Shown piece after piece: positions 1-11,354 of a DNA stretch of 64,000 nt (position 1 is the first letter of the stretch; every line of letters starts with the position of its first letter). Location of the stretch: positions 5,146,001 through 5,210,000 of the forward strand of contig OZ249449.1 of NCBI GenBank assembly GCA_965235115.1, read 5' to 3'. The DNA comes from Laetmonice hystrix. Taxonomy: Eukaryota. The position numbers and the translations under genes are program-made. A model generated the notes under the pieces. That model worked only from the letters and a program-made list of their open reading frames with translations. It searched no databases and was not told where the DNA came from.

Positions 1-233
1 CCTTTGTAAGTCTTCTTACCGGAGTCTACTCATTACATGCACAATAATACGTCATTTTAGGCCTCCATATTACAAAGCCTAAAAACGGTTTTTGCCTAGG
101 TTCGCTAAGTATTTCCCTCAAAATACAATCTGTCGTAAGCCTGGAGTGCTAGTATATATATACATGTCTATGTGGCATTCTGGGATCCGTCGAAATCTAT
201 ACTAATATCTCTTTGAAGAGCCTATCCCAAACA

Positions 234-570
234 GGATCAGTGGTATCTATAAAACCTGTGGTATGAAGTCTAACGATCAGTAGTATACTTTTGGGATGAA
301 GTCTAAGGATCAGTGGTATTGGGATGAAGTCTAAGGATCAGTAGTATACTTTTGGGATGAAGTCTAAGGATCAGTGGTATCTATAATACTTGTGGGATGA
401 AGTCTAATAATGATATCTATAATACTTGTGGGATGAAGTCTGAAGTAAGGATCAGTGGTATTTATAATACTGCAGGGATGTTGTCTAAGGATCAGTGATA
501 TCTACTTTTGGGATGAAGTCTAAGGATCAGTGATATTTATAATACTGCAGGGATGTAGTCTAAGGATCAA
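234..570 (+). repeat. Degenerate 25-40 bp tandem repeat
   Basis: GGGATGAAGTCTAAGGATCAGTGGTAT recurs about 9 times. Confidence 0.8.
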
Positions 571-1271
571 TACCGCTTCCAACGTTGATTTACCTGCTAT
601 CACTACATAGTTTTGATTTGACTATGGCCCTTTACTTCGTCTAAGGACAATTCCTGACAACTGCACAAGAACAGGTTATATCTCATCTACCCATTGCTAC
701 ACATCAAATATTTCCTTTCTATATCTGGTAGACCATATTCGGAATCACTACACCTAAGTAACGATAGTATCATTGGCTCTAATGGCTTCTAGATCTGACA
801 ATAATTGTCGATCTAAATAAATGGTAGCACATATTTGATCAATGATCAATATAAATAAGCTCGGTGGTCATTCTGAGTAGTCCATTGTGATACGTGTATA
901 TACAAAACGCCTTCGATGGTGTTACGGGACAGACTGAAAACATTGTACATGAGTTGAGATAGAGTCTGTTTGTGAACAGAATTCGTTTAGAAAAAAATGT
1001 TCAAGGTCAAGTTATACCTCTCTCCTTGCTTCCCCGGTCAAACACGGGGGCCTTCTTCGAGGGTTCTGTTCAGGCAATAAAAAACAACATTAATAATTCA
1101 AAAATAATGCATTAAACATACAATTAGAAATATATCAAGGTCGTTACTCAAAGCAATGTAAAATATCTGAAAGAAATACTTTGCAACTGTCTTGCAATAA
1201 AAGTACCATAACCAATAACATGTTAACAGTTGTTTGTCTTGGGAATCAATATTTGATATCACTGTTATCTG

Positions 1272-1717
1272 GGCCCAGTTCGTAAAAATCTTAAGATCTT
1301 ACTTGAGCTTAAGCTTAACGCTTCTAATTGGCTGGTCTGCTTAGAACTTAAGCTTAAGCAAGATCTTAAAGTGCTACAGACATCAAATAGGCACCTTTAC
1401 TGATCTAGATAGATCACTGTGAGTTGTATACGTGTCCGGGTTAGGGTTTTCTGATAAATTCTCAGAAAGTAGCATTTGGACAAATATTGACAATTTGAAT
1501 CACACGCTGCCCGTGATGACGTCAGCACGGGCGGGCGTGTGGGCCCTGAAGGGAAGGCGACTGGCAGACAGAGGCAGGGAGAATTGGTCACTTTGATCAC
1601 GGATTACAGACAACAACCGTTACTTTACAGAACAACGACAAATTACAAGTATTATCGGGATCTGGTACAAAATTTCATGTTAATTCTGATGTCTGTACCA
1701 CTTTGACGAACTGGGCC
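1272..1717. mobile_element. PIF/Harbinger-like MITE with CTG TSD
   Basis: TIR GGCCCAGTTCGT / ACGAACTGGGCC; CTG duplicated; internal inverted segments and a central 41-bp palindrome. Confidence 0.75.
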
Positions 1718-1915
1718 CTGGGTAAATCCCTCCTAGTAACATCTCCACCAGATTGTGTTTTAAGAATAACAACAGTTACTGTATAGCTATTTCTAGCCCC
1801 AGCTGTAATCCTAAAGCTCCTACATCCGACCCTCAGACCTCTCTAAGAAAAGTTATCCCCCCTTATACATTTAAGGCGTGACTATGGTGTTTTGGAAGTT
1901 AGGACGTAAGGTAAT

Positions 1916-2524
1916 GACAATCAGTGTACTCTGTGAACTAGTAAAACTAGGTGTCAATGGTCGTATCTGGTCTGTTGTTTCTGTATCTGTGACGGTTACA
2001 ATCAGTGTACTCTGTGAACTAGTAAAACTAGGTGTCAATGGTCGTATCTGGTCTGTGAACTAGTAAAACTAGGTGTCAATGGTCGTATCTGGTCTGTTGT
2101 TTCTGTATCTGTGACGATTACAATCAGTGTACTCTGTGAACTAGTAAAACTAGGTGTCAATGGTCGTATCTGGTCTGTGAACTAGTAAAACTAGGTGTCA
2201 ATGGTCGTATCTGGTCTGTTGTTTCTGTATCTGTGACGATTACAATCAGTGTACTCTGTGAACTAGTAAATCTAGGTGTCAATGGTCGTATCTGGTCTGT
2301 TGTTTCTGTATCTGTGACGGTTACAATCAGTGTACTCTGTGAACTAATAAAACTAGGTGTCAATGGTCGTATCTGGTCTGTTGTTTATGTATCTGTGACG
2401 ATTACAATCAGTGTACTCTGTGAACTAGTAAAACTAGGTGTCAATGGTCGTATCTGGTCTGTGAACTAGTAAAACTAGGTGTCAATGGTCGTATCTGGTC
2501 TGTTGTTTATGTATCTGTGACGAT
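1916..2524 (+). repeat. Tandem repeat mixing about 81-bp and 41-bp units
   Basis: GAACTAGTAAAACTAGGTGTCAATGGTCGTATCTGGTCTGT recurs about 9 times, with or without a 40-bp extension. Confidence 0.9.
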
Positions 2525-3371
2525 TATTTACAATATCACTGCTGGTGATAATAAAATAAAAACTCTTTAATATAAAACTGACTTGTTTGACTTGAATGTT
2601 CAAATCTTTTAAACCAAGTTTTGCTAGTTTACTGCTGTCAGGTGCAATGGAATTTTACAGCTGTGTAGGAAAATACAAAAATAATCATTCTAGAAGCACC
2701 ATGAATCATGAAGATGATTCCTCTATGGTCTGCCTCACTTTCTGATTCATCCATCACTCACTCACTTATTTCCTCACTCACACAGCCACACGGCCGGATG
2801 CAAGGACGTAGTTAGCCTCGAGATGAACCAATCCCTGGATTTACGCCTAATCCCAGTTTCCAGAAAGTCAGAATTTTCTAGCCTTTTCCCTTTTTTTGAG
2901 ACTGACCCTTAATTACAAACATGACTACCTAATTACGTACCCAACTTAAATCTAGGTTAGATAGTAAGTTAACACATTCGTGGGATTAACTTTACAAAAT
3001 GTTCTTGCATCCAGCCATCAATGACTGACAACCACCCACCCACACTCACACCCAAGGTCACATTATCCACACTGTCACCCAGTCAAGGTCAGACAAAGCC
3101 GCCTGCTCCGAGTGCTGTGAGAAGCAGTCCCTACACCCAGCAGCTATCGGAGAACTAGACCATGGACGTCTTAGGGATAAAGCCAGATCAATATACGATG
3201 GCACATCCCTCAAACAGTACACATGATTCAACAGGGAAGCAGAACCAAGACTGCCTTCAGTGAAGCCTTGACACAAGTGCACTCATGACCTTCGTCAGAG
3301 GTCAAAGTCGGGAAGGTGAGAGGTCAAGGTGAGGTCAAAGGTCAAGGTTATGATAATGTATTATGGGATAC

Positions 3372-3407
3372 CTTCTGGCGTGGTGATTGTTTCCTTTTCA
3401 GGCTGAG
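3372..3407 (-). CDS. C2CD2L: Candidate 36-nt micro-exon of the C2CD2L-like gene
   Basis: ccctaacag|(A)QPEKETITTPE+g|gtatcc; phase 1-1, matching the preceding exon. Weak donor. Confidence 0.35.
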
Positions 3408-3754
3408 CTGTTAGGGAGTGTGAAATGGCAACATGTTGGAGTGATGACGTCACAACTCAGTCGTTAATGACTAAATACATAATCAAATCACTATAGCAAC
3501 AATGTCAACCTTATAAGACCAAAGATCTTATACTTTTTTTCCTTATAATTTCAGCCACACTTTGTTGCACATTAAAGGTATAACACATATTAGAATGTAA
3601 ATGAGGAATAAGACCGGTTCCAAAACTATATTTTCTATATTTCATCTTTGTTTAAAGTGGCATTTATCTTAGAATTAAAGAAAAGAGTGAGCAAGGCTTA
3701 ACCTATTAACCAAAACCAAACGAGGGAGGACATGGCGTGTGAACTGTAACATAC

Positions 3755-3941
3755 CACTGAATGAGGCATCCAACCGTCCATCCCGTGGTTTTTCTGTTGT
3801 CATGGTTGTCGTGGTTACCACCGTGCCGCCTGGCATAAGCGTTCGCTGTGTTTCGATCCGTCTCCGTGGCGACAAGGAATCACTCATCTGTGACGTGGTC
3901 AGACCCATCTGCTGTGCTTCAGCTGGCTCCATGAACAGGAA
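3755..3941 (-). CDS. C2CD2L: C2CD2L-like exon after the C2 domain
   Basis: ttccag|FLFMEPAEAQQMGLTTSQMSDSLSPRRRIETQRTLMPGGTVVTTTTMTTEKPRDGRLDASFS+g|gtatgt; 187 nt, phase 0-1. No stop codon is reached, so the gene continues leftward. Confidence 0.88.
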
Positions 3942-4009
3942 CTGGAATGAACCAATCACAGCAGCCGTTACATAACGATATCGGCTGCTTCCCAACGCTT
4001 TCTTTTACT

Positions 4010-4600
4010 CTGGTTCAGGTAAGAGCTAAATATTTATCACTATTCCTAGCCCCATATCTAACCCTAACCCCTACTCCCAGTCCCCAGACCTCCCAAATAA
4101 CTTATCCATATCCCTATACCCTGGCCATTAGCCTAACCCCTACTCCCGGTCCTCAGACCTCCAAAATAACTTATCCATATCCCTAGCCCTGGCCCACACC
4201 CTAACCCCTACTCCCAGGCCCAGACCTCCCAAATAACTTATCCATATCCCTAGCCCTGGCCCATACCCTAACCCCTACTCCCGGTCCTCAGACCTCCCAA
4301 ATAACCTATCCATATCCCTAGCCCTGGCCCATGTATCCTAACCCCTACTCCCAGTCCCCAGACCTCCCAAATAACTTATCCATATTCCTAGCCCTGGCCC
4401 ATGTATCCTAACCCCTACTCCCAGTCCCCAGGCCTCCCAAAATAACTTATCCATATCCCTAGCCCTGACCCTTAGCCTAACCCCTACTCCCAGTCCCCAG
4501 ACCTCCCAAATAACTTATCCATATCCCTAGCCCTGGCCTGTATGTATGACCCTGACCGTGACCCCTACCCCAATGTCGTGGAAATGTTACAATGGAGAAG
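4010..4600 (+). mobile_element. Dominant-family element with about 8 core repeats, filling most of a C2CD2L intron
   Basis: ATCACTATTCCTAGCCC leader, about 62-bp CCCTAACCCCT..CAGACCTCCCAAA units, end GGAAATGTTACAATGG. Boundaries approximate. Confidence 0.75.
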
Positions 4601-4622
4601 AAAGCCATGGCTGGCTGCTGAC

Positions 4623-4750
4623 CTCCACTGTGAGTGCGCCGGAGGTTCCTTCCTGTCCTCCAACCCGACCCTGGAGGGGTAAGATCTGTCGGCTGCTCGG
4701 AGTACGCTGTAACTCAGCCATTGGTAACACGGCACGTCCTAGGTGATCCT
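4623..4750 (-). CDS. C2CD2L: C2CD2L-like exon: end of C2 domain
   Basis: caccag|(E)DHLGRAVLPMAELQRTPSSRQILPLQGRVGGQEGTSGALTVE|gtcagc; 128 nt, phase 1-0. Confidence 0.92.
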
Positions 4751-4771
4751 CTGGTGGGATAGAGACAAACA

Positions 4772-5105
4772 GTGAGTCAGTATGCGAGATATGGATAAAT
4801 GGTACGACACGGTCAGTCAGTATGCGGGATATGGACAAATGGTACGCCATAGTGAGTCAGTAGTCGAGATATGGACAAATGGTACGAGTGAGTCAGTAGT
4901 CGGGATATGAACAAATGGTACGCCACACTGAGTCAGTAGTCGGGATATGGACAAATGGTACGCCACAGTGAGTCAGTATGCGGGATATGGACAAATGGTA
5001 CGCCATAGTGAGTCAGTATGCGGGATATGGACAAATGGTACGCCACAGTGAGTCAGTATTCGGGATGTGGACAAATTATACGCCACAGTGAGTCAGTATT
5101 CGGGA
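4772..5105 (+). repeat. 40-bp minisatellite, about 8 copies
   Basis: Unit GTGAGTCAGTATGCGGGATATGGACAAATGGTACGCCACA. Confidence 0.92.
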
Positions 5106-5381
5106 TAGAAACAAACGGCATAAGTGTTAAGAAAAGGTGTCACTTTCACAATAATATATACATACTCTGATTGGGCATGACAACTGAAATTTTGTTTTTG
5201 CTATAAACACACTTCTTGGCATTATAAAGTAGATCTTGTCTCAATTTGCTTTGTTGTTTTCCAGTGTTTGCTACATGTACTGTATAAGCAAGACCGCAAA
5301 CAGACTGTACACATGCTATGCATGCATCATGTGGAAAGATTTGCAAACACAGGTTTCAAGTAACCTTGACCTTTGACCTAC

Positions 5382-5446
5382 CTCCTGGTGGTTTCTCGCG
5401 GTCAAACACCTCAAAGCGTATCTGACGTGTGTTGTCGTCAAGGTCA
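5382..5446 (-). CDS. C2CD2L: C2CD2L-like exon: C2 domain
   Basis: ttgcag|(F)DLDDNTRQIRFEVFDREKPPG(E)|gtaggt; 65 nt, phase 2-1. Confidence 0.92.
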
Positions 5447-5742
5447 CTGCAAGGTTAACGACGATAAACTACATTAATCGACATAGAACGAACGTTTGCC
5501 GGTATCTGGACAAAAAGCTTCATCACATCCCCAATTGTGTAGGAATATATGGGGGAATAACCGGCTCAAGTCAGTGAACTGCCGTGACGTCACGGGTAAG
5601 AATATAGGCCTAGATATAGAATCCCCCACAGCCGTATCACTCCCACACCATAGCGTTACGAAAACGGAAGTCCTTCCACCGGACTATTCGGCAGCCTGCT
5701 GACTTGTGCCGAATAACCAATATTGCACATTAAAAGACTTAC

Positions 5743-5851
5743 AAGAGGAAGTGTTCGTCCCAGAACGGGTTGACGGTGTTCTTCACAACACTGGTGGTGT
5801 GTTTCTGGGGCGGGTCGTCCATCTGTACGATACAGTACGGGTCGGAACAAC
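5743..5851 (-). CDS. C2CD2L: C2CD2L-like exon: C2 core
   Basis: ttgcag|(G)CSDPYCIVQMDDPPQKHTTSVVKNTVNPFWDEHFL(F)|gtaagt; 109 nt, phase 1-2. Canonical SDPY...NPxWxExF C2 signature. Confidence 0.95.
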
Positions 5852-6142
5852 CTGCAACCACGGCATCACACGGTCAATTCAATACGTTATATGGGAATCA
5901 AACCTGCAAACAGGCCGCTATAGCCTGTAAACATCACGGCTGATAATATTAGGGTGTTGGCAGCAGATGACCTGCAAAAAGGACTGGTGTACAGGTCCGG
6001 ACGACCTGCAAACTGGATACAATGGAGCTATTGAGCAGGTTGAAATGACCAGCTAGGACAGGTCTGAATGCCTTGCAAACGGGACATACCATGGTCTGTT
6101 ATTGTGTACAGAAGGCAGGATGGTTTGGGTCCTGTCTCCTTT

Positions 6143-6420
6143 CAAAGCTTAAGATCTGTTTAAGCTTAAGCTTAACACATCTGATTGGCTGGTCTGCTTA
6201 GACCAGCCAATCAGAAGCGTTAAGCTTAAGCAAGAACTTAAGTTAGAAAAACAGGGACCGAGTCCAGTGTTTCAAAAATTCTCAACTTGAGTAACGTTTA
6301 CTTAAGTAAACAAACAGTCTTCTGATTGGTTGGTGTAAGCAGGCCAGCCAATCAGAAGCCTGTTAGTTTACTTACGTAAGATTTACTCAAGTTGAAAATT
6401 TAAAAAAAAACTCCAGGCCC
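6143..6420. mobile_element. Two adjacent degenerate hairpin MITEs related to the 1272 and 12702 elements
   Basis: TTAAGCTTAAG arms and central CTGATTGG..CCAGCCAATCAG palindromes; right end CCAGGCCCTGG. A half copy lies at about 31645-31712. Confidence 0.6.
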
Positions 6421-7616
6421 TGGTTTCATACTGGTCAGTTGGAATCCAAACTCTTACCAAATTCAGTACAATTGGACAAAACCTGTAACAGGACATATAT
6501 GCAGGATATATTGGTATTACGTTGTAGTTTCAACCTACCAACAGGACATGCTGTGTCAAACACGACATGCCATCCCATCATCCAATCAAACAAAGCGTTA
6601 GTTAGTGGCTAGGTTAACATCAACTAGCCAATGACAGTGCCTCTACCAGAATTCACGGTCAGGTATTGAGTGAAGTTAATCATTATTTGTTGTCAGTACC
6701 CGATCTTGTTTTGGTGTTATGGTCTGAACCAGTGTTAAATAACAGAGGTCCTCTGTAGGCACCCAATGGCCTTGGTATATTCTGGGGAGTACTGGCGATG
6801 TACTAGTGTGTTTGTGAATCCTGAATTCTTCAATCCAGAAACGATTCAAGAACTTTCAGCAAGAATATTACAAACAGAGGCTTAGACCACAGCCCTGCTG
6901 CTTTCCCCTCAACTCACTTGCCCCAAAAGTTGGGAAGTGGGAAGATTAGTATACCTTTGAACGTAAATATTAGTTGGAACACGTGGGATCACAACGCGAT
7001 AATATTACGTCGTTTTTTCTGGTCACCTGACTCATCATGTTTTTCTTATACACCTTGGGTAAAACCTACATCACACTGCAGCAATACAGGCAACTGTCAA
7101 CTCAAAACAAAAGTCTCTACATAAACCACTCAGATTTAACAAACATTGTTTCCATGCTGAAATATAACGTGCTACTGCAGTTCTTTCCAACCTTCCTTGA
7201 TTTTGCAGCTTGGCTAAAGCAAAAACAGAAACACCTATGTCCTATGTACTAACCTTTAGAGGCTCTCGACTTTTTTATTTTGGGGATGGTTGCTGGTGAT
7301 AAAAAATATATAGCTTGTGTTTGTATGTGTGCAACGGCATGAAATGTATTTCTTGGATAAACATTGATACACTGAAAAACAATACCACCCAATACACCCC
7401 TCCCCCCCCCCCTTGAAACCAGTGCGGAGTCAGTGGTCAACAGTTGTAGTCAATTAATTCCACGTTTTTGTAATAAATAATTTTAAAACAAAACAAACGT
7501 AAAGACCATAGGTTCACTCGCATTGAAGCCAGTGTACTGTACACCCTGGAATTTGTACAACACTTTAAATTTTGTGCAAAACGGTGTGAAAAGGAGTTGA
7601 GGTTGGTGGTACTTAC

Positions 7617-7716
7617 CGAACTGTTTTTCTCCTAGGCTGGTGGCTTTGATGACCTTGACAAGCAGACGACGATCTCTGAGGCTCGTGGGAGGCCGCGGAG
7701 CCGAGCCAACTGTCAG
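7617..7716 (-). CDS. C2CD2L: C2CD2L-like exon: start of C2 domain
   Basis: gttacag|LTVGSAPRPPTSLRDRRLLVKVIKATSLGEKQF+g|gtaagt; 100 nt, phase 0-1. LLVKVIKA is a typical C2 beta-1 strand. Confidence 0.92.
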
Positions 7717-7724
7717 CTGTAACG

Positions 7725-7893
7725 AAACACTCCATGGGTATCAAAGGCTTTCTCATAGTCAAGAAACACTACATGGCATGGAAATCAAAGGCTTTCTCAT
7801 AGTCAAGAAACACTCCATGGCATGGGAATCAAAGGTTTTCTCATAGTCAAGAAACACTCCATGGCATGGGAATCAAAGGCTTTCTCATAGTCA
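7725..7893 (+). repeat. About 43-bp tandem repeat, 4 copies, abutting a C2CD2L acceptor
   Basis: AAACACTCCATGGCATGGGAATCAAAGGCTTTCTCATAGTCAAG. Confidence 0.85.
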
Positions 7894-8271
7894 ACAGAAA
7901 CCTTGACAACACGCAGGCTGGTCACTGGAGGGTTAGTGGGAACTCCACTTTAAGTCCGTTTCGTTTAGTGCCATGTTGTAGTTTGCTTCATCCGCATTAG
8001 CTAACCCTGTCTTGGGTGGTTCAAAATCTTGAAGCAGAGTTTGTGATAAAAAGAATGTCCTCCTTAATGCGTCAGTATCCCATTTCAGCCAGCCAATTTT
8101 TAGCTGCACATTTTTAAACAAGACACTCTGTAATTTAATACACTTAAATAAAAAGTACCAACAAATTAACAAAAAATATCTTAATCTTACCTGTCCTCAA
8201 AAATAAGTGTAATCTCATCGTAGCGCCACCTACTGGCAAACTAAAGGCCACCTGGTGGACGAACTTCTTAC

Positions 8272-8421
8272 CTGAGTCAGTTTGGGTCTCTGCGGTGTTG
8301 AGTTGGTTTCTAAGGCACACAATTGGATCTCACGTGTGGCAGACGGAGCGTTCCGAACGCCCTCTGGCGGACCACTCGCTCCACTACTAGTGAGGGGTGT
8401 CCTATTTCGCAACACAGCCAA
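8272..8421 (-). CDS. C2CD2L: C2CD2L-like linker exon
   Basis: ttag|LAVLRNRTPLTSSGASGPPEGVRNAPSATREIQLCALETNSTPQRPKLTQ|gtaaga; 150 nt, phase 0-0, open and in frame with the next exon. Confidence 0.65.
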
Positions 8422-9746
8422 CTAACCAAAGCAACACCCAACACACACAACAGTTAGTTCCACGTCTCCTCATATGCAAAGGGTGCCAGCAGCAGAGAGG
8501 TTTAGAATCAGGTCTATGGAAAGTAGGGAACCCAACTTAAGATTTGAGGGGTTCAAGTTGGCCGTGGTTTGGATAATGGTGGTCCTTGACTTGTCGGGGA
8601 GAGTACGGGGTGCAGCTGACTGCAGGGTGTGGGTGGGGCCATGAGGACGTTAGGGGCGTGGCTTCTTGGTATGGGCGGGGCTGATGTGGGTGTCACTCAA
8701 AATGCTGGTGACCTTTGGGTTGCCTAAACGAGGGAACAGGTTGCAATGCTCCAGAATATTCAACTCTAAAGCATCCCACTTTTAATTCACGAGTTTCTTT
8801 GACAGTTTACACCATTGCAATTCCTATGGTTTATGATGCATTAATATTATGAAACAGTCCTAAAAGAAATGTGTAACTTTCTTATACAAGAGTTATGATC
8901 ATTTGATGTTTTCTTTAGAAAGTATTACAAAATGTTTCGTTAATCTACGACACCGACGCAGCACATAGCAACTAGCATGACACCCACACCAATCATAGCA
9001 GTTGAGCCATTTTACAGCACGGATGTTACACGGAAGCTGATTGGTCTGTTATTTTTTGTACATTGACTGCTGGCGCCCTCTATAGACAGACACACAAAGC
9101 AACACGAAGATAAGCAGAACAGAAAGGTAGGCCTACTCAATCCGGTGAACAGAATCACACTTCGCCAAATAAAAATAAATAAAAGAAATCCATTCTCTAT
9201 TCTTGTGATGGAACATGTTATTTAGTCATCACCGTTGGAAATTAAATCACCAATACAAAACATAAGAAACCCCCAAATCATATTAACTTGAATAAAATAC
9301 AAATAGGTTGCCACTGTATCGTATTATAAGTGCACTACTACATCTTAAAAACCGTATGTTGAAAGTTACACCTCTACTGTTGCATCACAATATAACACAG
9401 CCTGACAATACAGATAGCAAAAGTAACAAATGTGTTTTAAAAGAGTGCCGACAGAGTTTTGGGTATGACGTGCGGTTTAAACAAACGACACCCAAGGAAG
9501 GGGAGGGATAAAGGAGGGGGGTCTGCTAAGCGAGAAACTGTTTGGCTGATTTCTGGAACTAGCAGAAGCAGAACGAAATGTGTGTCAGTCAGATTAGTAA
9601 CATGACGTCATACAATCAAGCCACGCCCCCAAACGCTATCGACCACGCCCACAACTAATGGAACTGTCAGTTTGTCACGCCCCCAGCTTTGAGAACCAAT
9701 AACTTAAAGCACCCAGAATTTAAGGACCAGTGGGCCTATAGCTTAA

Positions 9747-9995
9747 GGACAAGTGCTAGTGTGAGGCCAAAAATTGGTTTGAGACAGATTTTTTTTAAAT
9801 TTTGCAGATAAACAGAGTATGTTGTCCTCTTTCAAAATTCAGCAAAAAAATGATACCTCACCGGCTTAGTTTTTTTGTTAGGAGCGTTTGAAGTTGGTAT
9901 TTTTTTCATGTTAATGAATACAGTTTACAATTTTTTTTTTTTTTTTTTTTTTATTTTAATTTTTTTTTGTCAGAACGGTGTTATGACAAATAGAA

Positions 9996-10026
<31 letters not shown>

Positions 10027-10384
10027 GAGGAAAAAAAAAATTTGACTTTGAACATTTTCACTGGTGTAAATGAGCAAAAAGTGAAAAAGTTCAAAATCAA
10101 TTTTTTTTTTTTTTTTTTTTTTTTTAACACTTCTATAACTTGGAGACCGTTATGACAAATAGAAATGGTAAAAAAAAAAAAAAAAAAAAAAAAAAATTCT
10201 AAACAGTAATTAGTAATTAACATGACGAACATATCAATTTCAAACGCTCTTAACAAAAAAAGTAACCTGGTGAGGTATCATTTTTTTGCTGAATTTTGAA
10301 AGAGGACAACATACTCTGTTTATCTGCCAAATTTAAAAAAAATCTGTCTCAAACCAATTTTTGGCCTCACACTAGCACTTGTCC
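9747..10384. mobile_element. Foldback MITE with TTAA TSD (Kolobok-like)
   Basis: About 175-bp TIRs starting GGACAAGTGCTAGTG, TTAA on both sides, purine-purine 5' ends, poly-A/T interior. Confidence 0.85.
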
Positions 10385-11279
10385 TTAAAGCACCCATCTC
10401 TTATCATTATCGGCTTAGACAAATTCATAGACCTGTCAGTTAAACAGTATTAACTTAAACACCCACATCTCAAAGAAGGGTTAATCTAAATCACCAACAA
10501 CTTATTAAACTGTAACTATCGACTCAAAACACCAATATCTTAAAGACAGTTCTTTTGGTGTAAAGAGGAACTTCATAAGAAAACGTTAAAAAAGCATGAT
10601 TCAAGATTATTGTAATCTCACCCTTCTTAAAAATTCAATGACAAACAAAATGAGATTATGATGTTAGTTTCGCATCAGGAAATTCCCCACTATTTTTTTA
10701 TACTATTTAAATCTCAATCAGACACGGTCCCAAAATTAAAACATCGAAATCATTGAATCCTCAAAACGGGGGTTACACATTTCAGGGGAACAGTATCTAG
10801 CCTACTGCACAAGTTGACAACATCCCACGCATATTAAAACTAGAGCATCTTTCAATGAGTCAGTCTGACCATTTTTTTAATTTGAAAGCAAGACGAGTAG
10901 AATAAGACAGAAATTCCCAGGTACCATTAATAAATTCTTTGACAACCCATCCTTATCCTAACCCCACACCATCACCGGCATAAAGATCCGTCTCATCAAA
11001 AACAATCAGTTTTATTTGCTCATTAATTTCCTGTGGGAAGTCTCTTTTTTTTAATGTTTTTCAAGTTTGTAAGCATGACCAGACTGCAGAAATAGCAGGG
11101 ACGGAAGAAGTGCGTACTACACAAAAAAGCAGTGGGGCGAACAAACGCAACTACAGCCGTGCAGTGGTAACCGGTGACAACAGTCGCCATGGCAACACAT
11201 ACCAACCTGACAACAGAAGCAGTGAGAGCTGTTTATTTACCAGGGTACCAATAATTCCACGTATGCCGACACGTCTTAC

Positions 11280-11354
11280 CGTTACTCCACTAGAGGTCGT
11301 AAACCTACGTTGGTTCACTATCGACACTAGAGGGCGTTTGTGTATAAATATACA
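11280..11354 (-). CDS. C2CD2L: Candidate cassette exon in the SMP-C2 linker
   Basis: ctgcag|CIFIHKRPLVSIVNQRRFTTSSGVT|gtaaga; 75 nt, phase 0-0. Strong donor, weak pyrimidine tract, no recognisable homology. Confidence 0.4.

Noticed and set aside
1397-1600. Possible terminal exon of the C2CD2L-like gene
   Set aside because: It lies wholly inside a MITE with TIRs and a TSD, and the peptide is unrecognisable.
3058-3282. Possible next C2CD2L exon
   Set aside because: The phase-1 acceptors I tried run into stops within about 30 codons or fewer, and the peptides show no family resemblance.
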